Assembly: GCA_963681965.1 (NCBI GenBank) | Contig: OY820579.1 | Location: forward strand, 1,696,001-1,760,000 | DNA length: 64,000 nucleotides | Source: a bacterium | GTDB taxonomy: Bacteria; Electryoneota; JAOADG01 | Reading direction: 5' to 3' | Part shown: positions 63,909 to 64,000 of the stretch, piece after piece | How positions within the stretch are numbered: the first letter of the stretch is position 1 | Layout: each line of letters starts with the position of its first letter | Made by a program: the position numbers and the translations under genes | Notes under the pieces: generated by a model | Told to the model about the DNA's origin: nothing | Seen by the model: the letters and a program-made list of their open reading frames with translations, nothing else | Database searches by the model: none

Positions 63909-64000
63909 ATGCCATTGAAGAAGTATCGTCCCTATACTCCGATCCGTCGGTTTATGCAAACGATGGATTTTTCGGAAATTACGCGCTCGACTCCGGAAAA
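63909..64000 (+). CDS. rplB: 50S ribosomal protein L2, truncated by window edge
   Basis: MPLKKYRPYTPIRRFMQTMDFSEITRSTPE; synteny. Confidence 0.9.
   Translation, partial: MPLKKYRPYTPIRRFMQTMDFSEITRSTPE

Noticed and set aside
1-64000. CRISPR array, rRNA, prophage, integron or defence system
   Set aside because: No regularly spaced repeats, rRNA signatures, or cas, phage or integrase motifs seen
1-64000. Selenoprotein (TGA read-through) prompted by selB
   Set aside because: The TGA-ending genes with known families are full length, and the only internal stop found is TAA

Overview
Core-genome window (~48% GC) of a diderm bacterium. T9SS/FlgD-Ig-type C-terminal sorting domains, a PorV-like barrel and the RpoC N-terminus suggest the FCB superphylum; canonical TTGACA/TATAAT promoters and AGGAG Shine-Dalgarno sites argue against Bacteroidia (inference). 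1-23 kb: end of a glycan locus (MurJ/Wzx-like flippase, glycosyltransferase), a lipoprotein + CTD cargo + PorV-like barrel operon, yitJ-like HMT/MTHFR, two outer-membrane barrels, AKR-tag-metK-PGI/PMI, a secreted hydrolase, and an intact IS630 that splits an HExxH membrane protein gene. 23-44 kb: rplM-rpsI-rpsB-tsf, a ~995-codon secreted-protein gene broken by one in-frame TAA, rpsT, cobB, TPR-pyrKD-rlpA-cdsA-selB-comF, purF-UbiA-family-CDP-alcohol transferase and cysS. 44-64 kb: tRNA cluster, tuf, secE-nusG-rplKAJL-rpoBC, the str operon with a second tuf, and the start of the S10 operon. The most unusual signals are window-wide: exported proteins carry dense D-(S/T)-hydrophobic motifs (the Bacteroidetes O-glycosylation sequon), and host DNA is strongly enriched in TCGA and nearly lacks GGCC, while the IS shows neither bias. 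All counts were made by eye and need computational confirmation.
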